In this document: positions 9,996 to 18,873 of the stretch, piece by piece
Layout: every line of letters starts with the position of its first letter
How positions within the stretch are numbered: the stretch's first letter is position 1
Source of the DNA: Candidatus Gastranaerophilaceae bacterium
GTDB taxonomy: Bacteria; Cyanobacteriota; Vampirovibrionia; Gastranaerophilales; Gastranaerophilaceae
Direction: 5' to 3'
DNA length: 64,000 bases
NCBI GenBank assembly: GCA_045530955.1
Contig: JAZSDA010000059.1
Span: 669-64,668 of the forward strand
The notes under the pieces: generated by a model
What the model saw: the letters and a program-made list of their open reading frames with translations, nothing else
Database searches by the model: none
What the model was told of the DNA's origin: nothing
Program-made: the position numbers and the translations under genes

Positions 9996-10916
9996 TTATC
10001 CCTCAAATAGAGCGTTTATAAAATCGTCAGCATCAAATGCTTTTAAATCTGTCATTTTTTCGCCAACTCCAACAAGTTTTACAGGTAATTTCATTTCTTT
10101 TGCGATTGCAATAATTATTGCTCCTTTTGCACTTCCATCAAGTTTTGTTAGTGCAACTGAAGTCAAATTTACAGCTTCTGTGAATACTTTTGCTTGTTGT
10201 AATCCGTTTTGACCTGTGTTTGCATCAATTACCAAAATACTTTCTCTTAGTGATTCTGGGGCTTGTTTATCGATTACGGTTTTAATCTTTTTAAGTTCTT
10301 CCATTAGGTTGAATTTGTTTTGAAGTCTGCCAGCTGTATCAATTAAAATTACATCATAATTTTCATTTCTAGCTTTTTGAACAGCTTCATAAACAACAGA
10401 AGCTGGATCAGCTTTATCTCTGCGGACAATATCAGCACCTGCTCTTTCAGACCAAATGTTTAATTGTTCTTCTGCTGCGGCTCTAAATGTATCACCTGCA
10501 GCTACAAGAACTTTTTTACCTTGTTGTTTGAATTGATAAGCCATTTTTGCAATCAGTGTAGTTTTTCCCGCACCATTTACGCCTGCAATAAAATAAATAT
10601 TTAATTCGTTATCGTTGTATTTTAATTCTGTAGAACCCGCTTCAGATAGGGTTTTTCTAAACTCATCTTTTAGATAATTTTTTAATTCAGACGGTTTTGC
10701 GTTCTTCTTTGAACGTAGGTTATCAACCAATTCTGCAGCATAATTTACACCTAAATCAGCACTGATTAGGGTATCTTCGATATCATCAAGGGCAAATTCC
10801 GAATATTCTTCTTCTGTTTCATCAACATTTGATAAAACATTCCCAACAAGATTTTGGGCTGTGTTTGATACAGCATTTTTTAGGTTTTCAAATTTATCCT
10901 TAAAAAATCCGAACAA
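9996..10916 (-). CDS. ftsY: signal recognition particle receptor FtsY
   Basis: NG domain: GVNGAGKTTLIAKMA, DTFRAAA, DTAGRLQNK, TKLDGSAKGA. Confidence 0.94.
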   Translation of the reverse strand: MFGFFKDKFENLKNAVSNTAQNLVGNVLSNVDETEEEYSEFALDDIEDTLISADLGVNYAAELVDNLRSKKNAKPSELKNYLKDEFRKTLSEAGSTELKYNDNELNIYFIAGVNGAGKTTLIAKMAYQFKQQGKKVLVAAGDTFRAAAEEQLNIWSERAGADIVRRDKADPASVVYEAVQKARNENYDVILIDTAGRLQNKFNLMEELKKIKTVIDKQAPESLRESILVIDANTGQNGLQQAKVFTEAVNLTSVALTKLDGSAKGAIIIAIAKEMKLPVKLVGVGEKMTDLKAFDADDFINALFEG

Positions 10917-10924
10917 TTTAATTG

Positions 10925-10966
10925 CCCCCTCACCCTATCCCTCTCCCCCTAAATGTGGTGAGGGTA
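10925..10966. repeat. GC-rich palindromic intergenic element (REP-like)
   Basis: CCCTCACC (10927-10934) pairs with GGTGAGGG (10957-10964) around a C-rich loop. Composition contrasts sharply with the AT-rich surroundings. The 11-mer GGTGAGGGTAT recurs at 54301-54311. Confidence 0.35.
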
Positions 10967-10973
10967 TTTATTG

Positions 10974-11636
10974 TTATCCTTTTAAGCCGTTATCAACGAT
11001 AACTTTTGCCAAAACACCATTGATAAATGATGAACTATCATCTGTTGAGTATTTTTTAGCCAATTCAACAGCTTCATCAACAACAACTTTCATTGGAGTT
11101 TCTTTGATATATAGAAGTTCTGAAAGTGCTATTCTTAGGATATCTTTATCCATTTTTACAAGTCTTTCAAAGTCCCAACCTGTTGAATATTTTTTGATGA
11201 TAGAATCGATTTCATCGTGATTTTTTTGGAAAGTTTCAGCAATTTGGATTGCGTAATTTTTAACTTCGCCTTGAGATTCAAGTGTTGTAAATTCTGCAAT
11301 TTCAAGAGCTAATAAAGCTTTTTCTGCAACTTCAATCATTTCTTCTACTCTTGCTGACATATCTGATGTCATTGGTAGAGGAACTGCAATATTTGCAGCA
11401 TCAAGTGGTCTATTTAAGTTGATTTCGTGTTCAGCTTCGTAATCATCAATTTTATTTTTCATATCGATTAAAGCACCCAATGATGTTTTTAAATCATCAC
11501 TTGCACTGCTTGAAAGAATTCTAACAGATTTAACGATAATATCGTCTAGGTTTTCTTTAGAATAGTTAGTAATTGTTTTATCAAATTGTGAAAATAAAAT
11601 GAATGCTAATTCTCTTGATGCTCTACGGGCTTGCAT
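10974..11636 (-). CDS. nusB: transcription antitermination factor NusB (long form)
   Basis: N-terminal RRASRELAFILFSQ and C-terminal ILRIALSELLYIKETPMKVVVDEAVELAKKYSTDDSSSFINGVLAKV are NusB signatures. At 220 aa it carries a central ~70-aa insertion. Confidence 0.8.
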   Translation of the reverse strand: MQARRASRELAFILFSQFDKTITNYSKENLDDIIVKSVRILSSSASDDLKTSLGALIDMKNKIDDYEAEHEINLNRPLDAANIAVPLPMTSDMSARVEEMIEVAEKALLALEIAEFTTLESQGEVKNYAIQIAETFQKNHDEIDSIIKKYSTGWDFERLVKMDKDILRIALSELLYIKETPMKVVVDEAVELAKKYSTDDSSSFINGVLAKVIVDNGLKG

Positions 11637-11710
11637 AATTTACCTCTTAATTTTTCATATCTTATATCTTGCCCTAAGAATATCATGAAAAATTTTTTAC
11701 GACAAGGTGA

Positions 11711-12286
11711 TTATTTTTTAGTGAAAAATCCAACTACTTTTTGTGTTGTGTTCACTGCCAAGTTTTTATAAAACTCATAAAAATCTTTCACGTAGAATTT
11801 TATGATTTCTAGTCGGGATGCTTTTTCTGGACATTGATTGATTTTATCAGGTAGCGTTCCAAAATCTCTACAAATTGGAGGTCGTTTTTCATAAACGTTG
11901 CATCTTCCAAAATCAGTTAAAAACGGACAATAATTTCTATAATTTTTAGCATCTTCAATAAGTGCCTTAACCTGTTCCATACTTTTTATTTGTAGTTCTT
12001 CCATAACTTTTTGTGGAATACCTATAATCTTATGCCCATCTTGGTCAAAACCAACAAGCTGAACAGGATTTGGTGTTGTGTTATAAATTACAGAATTATA
12101 TGTATCTCTAGGGTCATTTCTACCAATATTTACAGCAGAATAAATATTGCGTCTCAATTCTTGAGGATATTTTGGTAAAAAATCCTCAGGTAGTGGTGCG
12201 TCTTGGCAACATCTTGCTTTGCATTTAGCTATAAAGCATTTGCTAGGTTCTGTAAAATATGTTGTTACTTTTTGTCTGATTTTCAT
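11711..12286 (-). CDS. YkgJ-family cysteine-cluster protein (CxxCxxCC / UPF0153)
   Basis: CKARCCQD near the N-terminus and CPFLTDFGRCNVYEKRPPICRDF near the C-terminus. The track starts at TTG 12361 inside a hairpin; ATG 12286 (MKIRQK) is preferred. Confidence 0.68.
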   Translation of the reverse strand: MKIRQKVTTYFTEPSKCFIAKCKARCCQDAPLPEDFLPKYPQELRRNIYSAVNIGRNDPRDTYNSVIYNTTPNPVQLVGFDQDGHKIIGIPQKVMEELQIKSMEQVKALIEDAKNYRNYCPFLTDFGRCNVYEKRPPICRDFGTLPDKINQCPEKASRLEIIKFYVKDFYEFYKNLAVNTTQKVVGFFTKK

Positions 12287-12402
12287 AGTTATATTAAATT
12301 TGAACAAAATATTTTTTGTTATAGGAAAATTTTCAAACAAAATGGATAGATCCTGAATCAAGTTCAGGATGACTTCAATATTTTAAAAGTCTATTAAGAA
12401 AT

Positions 12403-12429
12403 AAGGCACGGGATAAAATCCCGTGCCTT
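12403..12429 (-). terminator. rho-independent terminator after rpsA
   Basis: 11-bp stem AAGGCACGGGA / TCCCGTGCCTT with loop TAAAA, 28 nt downstream of the rpsA stop. A T-rich tract follows on the minus strand. Confidence 0.6.
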
Positions 12430-12456
12430 GTCAAAATCTGTTAAGATTTTGGTAAA

Positions 12457-13530
12457 TTATTCATTTACCCCTTCTTCTTTGTTGATGTCTTTAACGCTTA
12501 ATGCGATTCTGTGTTCTTGTGGAGTGAATTTTTTGATTAACACTTCAACACTGTCCCCAACTTTGAATTTGTTGAATGGGTTAACATTTTCTTCAGCCAT
12601 TTCAGAAACTGGTAATAATGCTTCAACGCCTGGGAAGATGTTGATGAATGCACCGAAACCTGTAACTTTGTTTACAGTACCAGTGATTACTTGACCTTCA
12701 GAGAATTGACCTTCGATTTGTTGCCATGGATCTTCGCCCATTCTTTTTAGTGATAATGAAATACGTTTCAATTCGCTATCGATTTTAATGATTTTAACTT
12801 CTAAAGTTTCACCTAGAGAAATAACATCTGATGGGTGTTTAATTCTTTGCCATGAAATTTCAGAAATTGGAAGTAAACCGTCGATACCGTTGATGTCAAC
12901 GAAAGCACCGAAGTCAGCAATTCTAACAACTTCACCTTTAACGATTTGATCTTCAGCAAGTTCTGAAAGAATGTTATCAACAACTTGATCTCTTTGTTCA
13001 GCAACAGCTTGTCTTTGAGAAAGGATAAGTTTGTTTTTCTTAGGATCAGCTTCAAGAACTTTAACTTCGATTTTTTGATCTAATAGACCGTCAAATGGAG
13101 TACCAGTTCTTAATTGAGATGATGGGATGAAACCTTTAAGGTCAGCTACATCAACTAATACACCACCTTTAACAACTGAAACAACTTTTGCAAGAATTGT
13201 ATCGCCTTGAACTTTAGCATCGTTAAGTTGAGCCCAAGCTTGAGCGAATGCAAGTCTTTTAAGTGATAATAGCATACCATCTTCGTCGTGTTCTTCTTTT
13301 AATACGTAAAATTCTTTTACGTCACCGATTTCTAATGGAGCTGATTCTTCAGCAGAAGAAATTTCTTTGTTTGGTAAATAAGCTTCAGTTTTAGCACCAC
13401 GAACGCTGATTAGGTAACCATCTTGGTCTTTTCTTAAAACAGTACCTTCAACGATGTCTGCTACTGAATGTCCGTTTGAAAAACTTTCTTCTAATAGTTT
13501 TTCGAATTCATCTAACATTACTTGTGTCAT
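12457..13530 (-). CDS. rpsA: 30S ribosomal protein S1 (four S1 domains)
   Basis: 357 aa with repeated S1 OB-fold signatures (GTVLRK..GYLISV, GDTILAKVVSVVKGGVLVDV, VKGEVVRIADFGAFVDI, ITGTVNKVTGFGAFINI). Confidence 0.9.
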   Translation of the reverse strand: MTQVMLDEFEKLLEESFSNGHSVADIVEGTVLRKDQDGYLISVRGAKTEAYLPNKEISSAEESAPLEIGDVKEFYVLKEEHDEDGMLLSLKRLAFAQAWAQLNDAKVQGDTILAKVVSVVKGGVLVDVADLKGFIPSSQLRTGTPFDGLLDQKIEVKVLEADPKKNKLILSQRQAVAEQRDQVVDNILSELAEDQIVKGEVVRIADFGAFVDINGIDGLLPISEISWQRIKHPSDVISLGETLEVKIIKIDSELKRISLSLKRMGEDPWQQIEGQFSEGQVITGTVNKVTGFGAFINIFPGVEALLPVSEMAEENVNPFNKFKVGDSVEVLIKKFTPQEHRIALSVKDINKEEGVNE

Positions 13531-13533
13531 TTT

Positions 13534-14406
13534 TTATTCTCCTTTTCTTTGTATATTTTCAATGACTTTGTCTATCAAATTTTGAGGAGTTGACGCTCCT
13601 GCGGTGATTGAAATTCTTTGAGAAGTTTCAATCAATTCTTTGTAATCATCTAATTCTTCACTGGTTTCAATGTGAATTGTTGATGTTATTTCTTTTAAAA
13701 TTTCTGCTAAATGTGTTGTGTTTGCACTTTTTTTAGAGCCTACAACAATCATTAAATCACTTTCTTTTGCAAGTTCTTTAGCTTCGGCTTGGCGTTTTGC
13801 AGTGCTTTGGCAAATAGTGTTTGCAACGTGAAGTTCTTTAGCAATTGGTGTTAAGTACGCTACAATTTCGTTCAAGTTTGAAATCATTTGAGTAGTTTGA
13901 ACAACAACACCAATCTTTTTGTGTTCTTTAAGCTGTTGCTCATAGATTTTTAATTGTTCTGATGAATCTGCAACAAGAACTTTATCACTGTATTTTTCAG
14001 CATTAGCCTTAATTGCGATAACTTCAGGATGTTGAGCTTTGCCAACGATAATTACAAAATAACCGTTTTCTGCAAGTTCAATTGCTTTTTGCTGAACTTT
14101 TTTAACGTCAGGACAAGTCAAATCGTAAACTTCAAAACCAGCTTTTTCAATGGCTTCAAAAACTTCAGGACTTTCACCATGACTTCTGACAACACAAATT
14201 CCATCACCTTTTTGAGGTAATTCAGTTAAAGATTTAATACCCATGGCGTCTAATTCTTCGATTACGTGTGAATTGTGAATAAGTTCACCAAGCACGCAAA
14301 TATTACGACTAGGGTTTTCTTCTTTTAGTTTTTTTACAGTATCAACGGCTCTTTTTACACCGTAGCAAAAACCTGCAAACTTAGCTAATTTAATATCTTT
14401 CGGCAA
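13534..14406 (-). CDS. ispH: 4-hydroxy-3-methylbut-2-enyl diphosphate reductase
   Basis: GFCYGVKRAV, GELIHNSHV, CPDVKKVQ, NTICQST and ASTP motifs. Apparent TTG start. The stop lies 3 nt before the rpsA start (ispH-rpsA coupling). Confidence 0.92.
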   Translation of the reverse strand: MPKDIKLAKFAGFCYGVKRAVDTVKKLKEENPSRNICVLGELIHNSHVIEELDAMGIKSLTELPQKGDGICVVRSHGESPEVFEAIEKAGFEVYDLTCPDVKKVQQKAIELAENGYFVIIVGKAQHPEVIAIKANAEKYSDKVLVADSSEQLKIYEQQLKEHKKIGVVVQTTQMISNLNEIVAYLTPIAKELHVANTICQSTAKRQAEAKELAKESDLMIVVGSKKSANTTHLAEILKEITSTIHIETSEELDDYKELIETSQRISITAGASTPQNLIDKVIENIQRKGE

Positions 14407-14471
14407 TTTGTAATTGTCTTCTTTCTATAGAACTTGCAAGAAAAAATCTTGCTGTAAGCCCATTACAACAT

Positions 14472-14506
14472 AAAAGCATTTAATTGTCAATGAATTAAAT
14501 GCTTTT
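14472..14506 (-). terminator. rho-independent terminator after the giant ORF
   Basis: 14-bp stem AAAAGCATTTAATT / AATTAAATGCTTTT with loop GTCAATG. It abuts the TAA stop at 14505-14507. Confidence 0.6.
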
Positions 14507-17500
14507 AGCCTCTTAGATTAAAACCGTTTGGGTTATCTTTTTTCTTGGTTGGTTTCCCGATTTTTGGTGCTTGCTTGTTGTATTTTATCAACCATTCTTG
14601 AGAGCCTGGAACAAGAACTTCGTCGTTCATACCGATTGGTGCACCTTCTTTAGCTTTTTTATTAGCTTTAGGGTCAACAACTCTGAAGCCTTCTTCTGCG
14701 TTATCACTTATACCAGCAAAAGTTGTACCTTGTCTTGTGATAACTCTGCCATCGTTAAGAACTTTTGTTGTTTCTCCACCTTTAAATTGTGTCTGAGGGT
14801 TTTCAACTTGTTGTTCTTTTGGTTTTTGTTGAATAGGGGTGTGTGATTGTGGTGTTTGAGGGTTAGTTGCAACTTTTGGTTGAGTTGGTTGATTTTGTGC
14901 AACTGTTTGTTGATTTTGTTGAACACCTTGAGTTGTTGTTTCAACTTTAACTTCTGCTTTTTTATCTTGCTCAGATTTGATACCGTATGCTTGATTTCTC
15001 ATAGCAATTAATTTTTCTCTTTCGTCAAACGGTAAGTATTTCAAGTAGTTTGCGAAATTAGTTTGAGTCATTGAGTAAATATTTTTTGCTAAATATTCAT
15101 AAATAATTTTATGGTCAATGCTGTTTAATGTAGAAATTAAGTTGTTTTCTAATAATTCAATTACGTCAGAAGCTGGTAACATATTGATTAGTTCGCTTCT
15201 AAGAGTTTGGTTAGATGTACGAAGTAAGATTTCTTTAATAACTGCAGTATTGCCAGCTTTGCTTTTTAAGAATGCACGAACTTCGCTTGTAGAACCTGCT
15301 GTTGCAAGGTTGTCGATGAATTTTTGGTGAACTTTTGAACCCAAATTTAAAAGTAAGATATCATAAACTTCGCTTAAAGAAGTTGCACTTGATAATTTTT
15401 GAATAATTTGTTCTTTTTTAGTTGGGTTAGTTTGAATGAATTCTTCTAATGCTTCAGAAGCTGCGATTTCTTTAAGTTCAGAAATTACTTCATCAGAAAG
15501 TTTTAATTCTTGTTTAAGTTCCCATTCAGCAATAGATTCTTCGATTTGTTGTTTTACTTCAGCAGCATTTTCTAAAGCAATATCTTTCATTTGTTGATTT
15601 GCTTCAGCTTGTTTTGCAGCTGCATTTTCTCTAACTTGTTGAGGGTCAACTTTAGATGTAGAAGTTGATGAAACTGTGTAATTTGAAGTTTCAACAGATG
15701 GGGTAGTTGTGTTGTAACCTCTAATTGAAGTTTCGATATCAGGTGTTACAAAACTGTTAGAGTATGTGTTTTGTGGATAAACATTTGATGTGTAAACTTC
15801 AGTAGTGTCGTAACTTGGGTTAGAAGTTGTACCTTGGTTAAAAGTTGCACCTTGGTTAGAGTAAGTTTGAGTTGTAGTTTGTGAACTATGATTAGAATTA
15901 TGTGTATTAGAGTTGTATGTATTAGAATCTGTGTTGTTGTATGTAGATTGTGGTGTATAAGTATCAGCTTCTGGGTAATAAGAATTAGAAGCTGGAGCTG
16001 TGCTATTTCTTGTTTGTTCAGAAATTTCACCTGTTGTTAAAGCTGTTTGGATAGTATTTTGAACTTCCGGAGGGTAATTTTTTGCTGCTTCAGTAACTAT
16101 AGAATTGTATTGTTTTCTATATTCAGGATTTTGAACAGAATTACCTGCAGCAGCTGTAGCTTCAGTAATTGTTGCATTACCCATTTGAGTGTACTTCTCA
16201 GCATAATTAATTTTAGTTTGGTCGTCAGCTTTTTCTATTGTTTCTTTGACCATATTACCAAGTTCATTTTGCTCAAAATTTTGATTTTTAGAAGAGGCTT
16301 CAACGACATCTACAGTCCAGTCTGGATCTTTATTTAACTCTGTGGTTAAGTTATCTTTTAAATTTTGTGGGGTTTTTAAATCGTAGATATTAGAAGCACC
16401 AATGGCATTAGATGATTCTTCAGCATTTCCATTAAATAACTCTTTCTTTCCTAGTGCACTAGTTACCATTCCTTGTAATGCTTCGTTGGAACCCTTTTGG
16501 ATTATTATATTTGCAGTTGTACCAAAGGCAGTACCGCAGCCTGCAGTATTCGCCGCCGCAATAATTGCAAGTTCTCTAGTTACTATTGCTATTGAGTTTA
16601 TTCGGATATTTTCTAGCTCTTCATCACTATAGCCAGTAACAGATTTAAAGGCTTTATCGATTCTTTTTAATTCTTTTTCCTTTAACTTAGGGTCGGTGAT
16701 GTTTAAAGCACGTTGTCTAGCTTTAGTATATTCTAATGTTTTATCTCTTGAATTTGCAAATATTTCTCTGAAATCTTTTGCTGAAAGTTTTCTTCCGTAA
16801 TGCTCATCTCTGTTTGTAGTACATAGAGTTTCAACTAGGTTGAGATCCGCAGGTTGATCACCCTTATTATTGATTATTATTTCTTTTTCTAAAATATGGA
16901 TTGCATTTTTTAAGGTAATTTTATCTGGATGTTTTTTAGCTTCTTTTTTTATTAATTCAAGAAGTTGGTTTGTTGTTATGTTTGGGTTTTCTTCAATTGT
17001 TGTTTGTAATAGGTGTTTGCTATCAAGTCTTTCTAATTCTTTTTCTTCACTCTCACTTAACTTTCCTTGTTCTTTAAGTTGATCAATACGAGCTTTAGTC
17101 CATTGAGATCTTTTAGTAGTATTAATGTCTCTAATAACTAATTTATCGCTATTTAGATCAACTGAAGTTAACTTCCTATCAACGATTGCAAGGTAAGAAT
17201 TTATAAGATCTTCTTGAGCTTCGCCTGATAAATTTTCCAAGGTTGTATTTTCAAGTTTTTCATTAATTGCGTTTCGCAACATATCGTGTTGTTTTATTTT
17301 TTTCTCGTTTTCACTTAGTTCAGCATAAGTTGGATCTGTAAGTCGAAGTTGCATATCAAAAAGTGTGTAAAGTTTTTCTTCGGGACTTTTTGTGTTGTCT
17401 TCTTTAATTCTAGCGTAACTTGCTTGAATGTTTTTATTCATTGTTTTGATAGCATCTTTATCAAAAGAATCTTTTGGAATATTAGGAAGTTCTTCAATAG

Positions 17501-18797
17501 ATTTGTCTTGTTCATGCAATACTTGTAACGCTGTTAGAACGTTATTAAACATTATTGCTTCTTCGTTTCTTGAACCTTTTGAGCTGATTTTTAATAATTG
17601 TTTTTCTTCATTGGTCAAAGTTTTAGGGTCTTTGTTTTTAAGAACATTGATTAAATATTCAGTATCGCAGTCGTTTTCGTTAGTAAAATTGTTATCAATT
17701 TTACATTTTTCAACTAATTGATTATATTTTGAATTGCTGACATATGTGTATAATACATCTCTCTTACTAATTAAGTAAGCTTGTTTTTCATCTTTGTCTT
17801 CGATTTTGCTATATTCAGGATCGTGAGTTTCTAGATAATCTCTTAATACAATGTCTATTTTATTTTCAAAATCTTTTTCTTTAATAGCATTGTCAAAAGC
17901 TTCAGCTGAAATAGCTGCTTTTGAGTTATCATCAATTTGAGATTTTATTTCTTGATGAGTTCCAACTTCAGATTCTTTATTGGTTTTTAATTCCTCATAC
18001 TGATTTAGAATTTGTTGTTCTGTTTCTGTTAACTCTCTATCTGCAGATACACTTTCAATACTTTCAATAATTTTATTAATATCACCAGTTAAATTATTAT
18101 CTTTTGCATATTGTTCAACTAGGTTTTTGAAATTGGCATCGATTTCATCTGAAGATGTTGTAGTTTCTGTAGTTTGAGATTGTTGTGCATTGAATAGATT
18201 TAAAATTTGTTGTTCTTCTTCTGTTAGTTGAGTATTTTCAACTTTTTTTGATTTGATGTGAGAGATAATTTCATCAATATTTGTTCCAAGTTTATTTTTC
18301 TCAGCATATTGTAGAGCCAAGGTTTCTAAATCTTGACTATCATTATTGTTTTTAACGGTTTTTTCGGTTGTTTCGGCAGGTTGTTCAGGCTCTACTAATG
18401 TATCATCTGTAAGATTTTCATTTACTGCGGGAGCCATAGCTTCTGTATGGTGTTTATTATAAGCTCTAATAATTGTTTCAGCAATTTCAGCTTTTTCTTC
18501 TGCAGGTAGAGTGTTAATAGCTTCTGCAATATATCTAGCTATATCTTTTTCTGGTAAACCTGCCAAATCAGGGAATTGTTGTTTTAATAATTCTAATTTT
18601 TGGTCATCTGGACATTTCTTGAACTCACCAGATTTGATGAATTCAAGTATTTTAGCTTGTTTTTCTTCCGGAGTCATTGTTCCAGTTTTCATATCAATAG
18701 GTTGGCTAGAAGAAGACGCAGAAGTACTAGCTGCTGGATTGTTTCCAGTTGCTTGTACTTGTTCTTGTTGTCTTAGTTTACTTACGTCTAAAGCCAT
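14505..18797 (-). CDS. giant low-complexity/coiled-coil protein of unknown function (1430 aa)
   Basis: Uninterrupted 4.3-kb ORF with no signal peptide. It is E/K/Q/N/T-rich. It has an internal ~55-aa duplication, an N/Q/S/T/Y tract and a Q/P-rich tract before a basic C-terminal domain. No family recognised. Confidence 0.7.
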   Translation of the reverse strand: MALDVSKLRQQEQVQATGNNPAASTSASSSSQPIDMKTGTMTPEEKQAKILEFIKSGEFKKCPDDQKLELLKQQFPDLAGLPEKDIARYIAEAINTLPAEEKAEIAETIIRAYNKHHTEAMAPAVNENLTDDTLVEPEQPAETTEKTVKNNNDSQDLETLALQYAEKNKLGTNIDEIISHIKSKKVENTQLTEEEQQILNLFNAQQSQTTETTTSSDEIDANFKNLVEQYAKDNNLTGDINKIIESIESVSADRELTETEQQILNQYEELKTNKESEVGTHQEIKSQIDDNSKAAISAEAFDNAIKEKDFENKIDIVLRDYLETHDPEYSKIEDKDEKQAYLISKRDVLYTYVSNSKYNQLVEKCKIDNNFTNENDCDTEYLINVLKNKDPKTLTNEEKQLLKISSKGSRNEEAIMFNNVLTALQVLHEQDKSIEELPNIPKDSFDKDAIKTMNKNIQASYARIKEDNTKSPEEKLYTLFDMQLRLTDPTYAELSENEKKIKQHDMLRNAINEKLENTTLENLSGEAQEDLINSYLAIVDRKLTSVDLNSDKLVIRDINTTKRSQWTKARIDQLKEQGKLSESEEKELERLDSKHLLQTTIEENPNITTNQLLELIKKEAKKHPDKITLKNAIHILEKEIIINNKGDQPADLNLVETLCTTNRDEHYGRKLSAKDFREIFANSRDKTLEYTKARQRALNITDPKLKEKELKRIDKAFKSVTGYSDEELENIRINSIAIVTRELAIIAAANTAGCGTAFGTTANIIIQKGSNEALQGMVTSALGKKELFNGNAEESSNAIGASNIYDLKTPQNLKDNLTTELNKDPDWTVDVVEASSKNQNFEQNELGNMVKETIEKADDQTKINYAEKYTQMGNATITEATAAAGNSVQNPEYRKQYNSIVTEAAKNYPPEVQNTIQTALTTGEISEQTRNSTAPASNSYYPEADTYTPQSTYNNTDSNTYNSNTHNSNHSSQTTTQTYSNQGATFNQGTTSNPSYDTTEVYTSNVYPQNTYSNSFVTPDIETSIRGYNTTTPSVETSNYTVSSTSTSKVDPQQVRENAAAKQAEANQQMKDIALENAAEVKQQIEESIAEWELKQELKLSDEVISELKEIAASEALEEFIQTNPTKKEQIIQKLSSATSLSEVYDILLLNLGSKVHQKFIDNLATAGSTSEVRAFLKSKAGNTAVIKEILLRTSNQTLRSELINMLPASDVIELLENNLISTLNSIDHKIIYEYLAKNIYSMTQTNFANYLKYLPFDEREKLIAMRNQAYGIKSEQDKKAEVKVETTTQGVQQNQQTVAQNQPTQPKVATNPQTPQSHTPIQQKPKEQQVENPQTQFKGGETTKVLNDGRVITRQGTTFAGISDNAEEGFRVVDPKANKKAKEGAPIGMNDEVLVPGSQEWLIKYNKQAPKIGKPTKKKDNPNGFNLRG

Positions 18798-18873
18798 AAT
18801 TGTACCTAATTAATAGTTCACTGTTCGTTTTATCGGATTTTTTCTATCATGACTTTAATTATTGTTACAATTC

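Noticed and set aside
10861-11220. 119-aa plus-strand ORF containing PSPYPSPPKCGEGIY
   Set aside because: It overlaps the ftsY 5' end and runs antisense through nusB. The Pro/Ser-rich part is just the GC-rich palindromic spacer element translated.
12287-12361. TTG/GTG-initiated N-terminal extensions in the ORF track (also 51654-51731, 32158-32217, 37515-37550, 31865-31909, 40594-40632)
   Set aside because: The extensions are non-conserved, often overlap the upstream gene or a hairpin, and lack an SD. Downstream ATG codons have an SD and match the usual family N-termini.
14708-16030. Same-strand alternative-frame ORFs (14708-14944, 15746-16030) within the giant gene
   Set aside because: They fall in the low-complexity Q/P/T and N/S/T/Y tracts, where repetitive codons keep several frames open. 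There is no independent start context.
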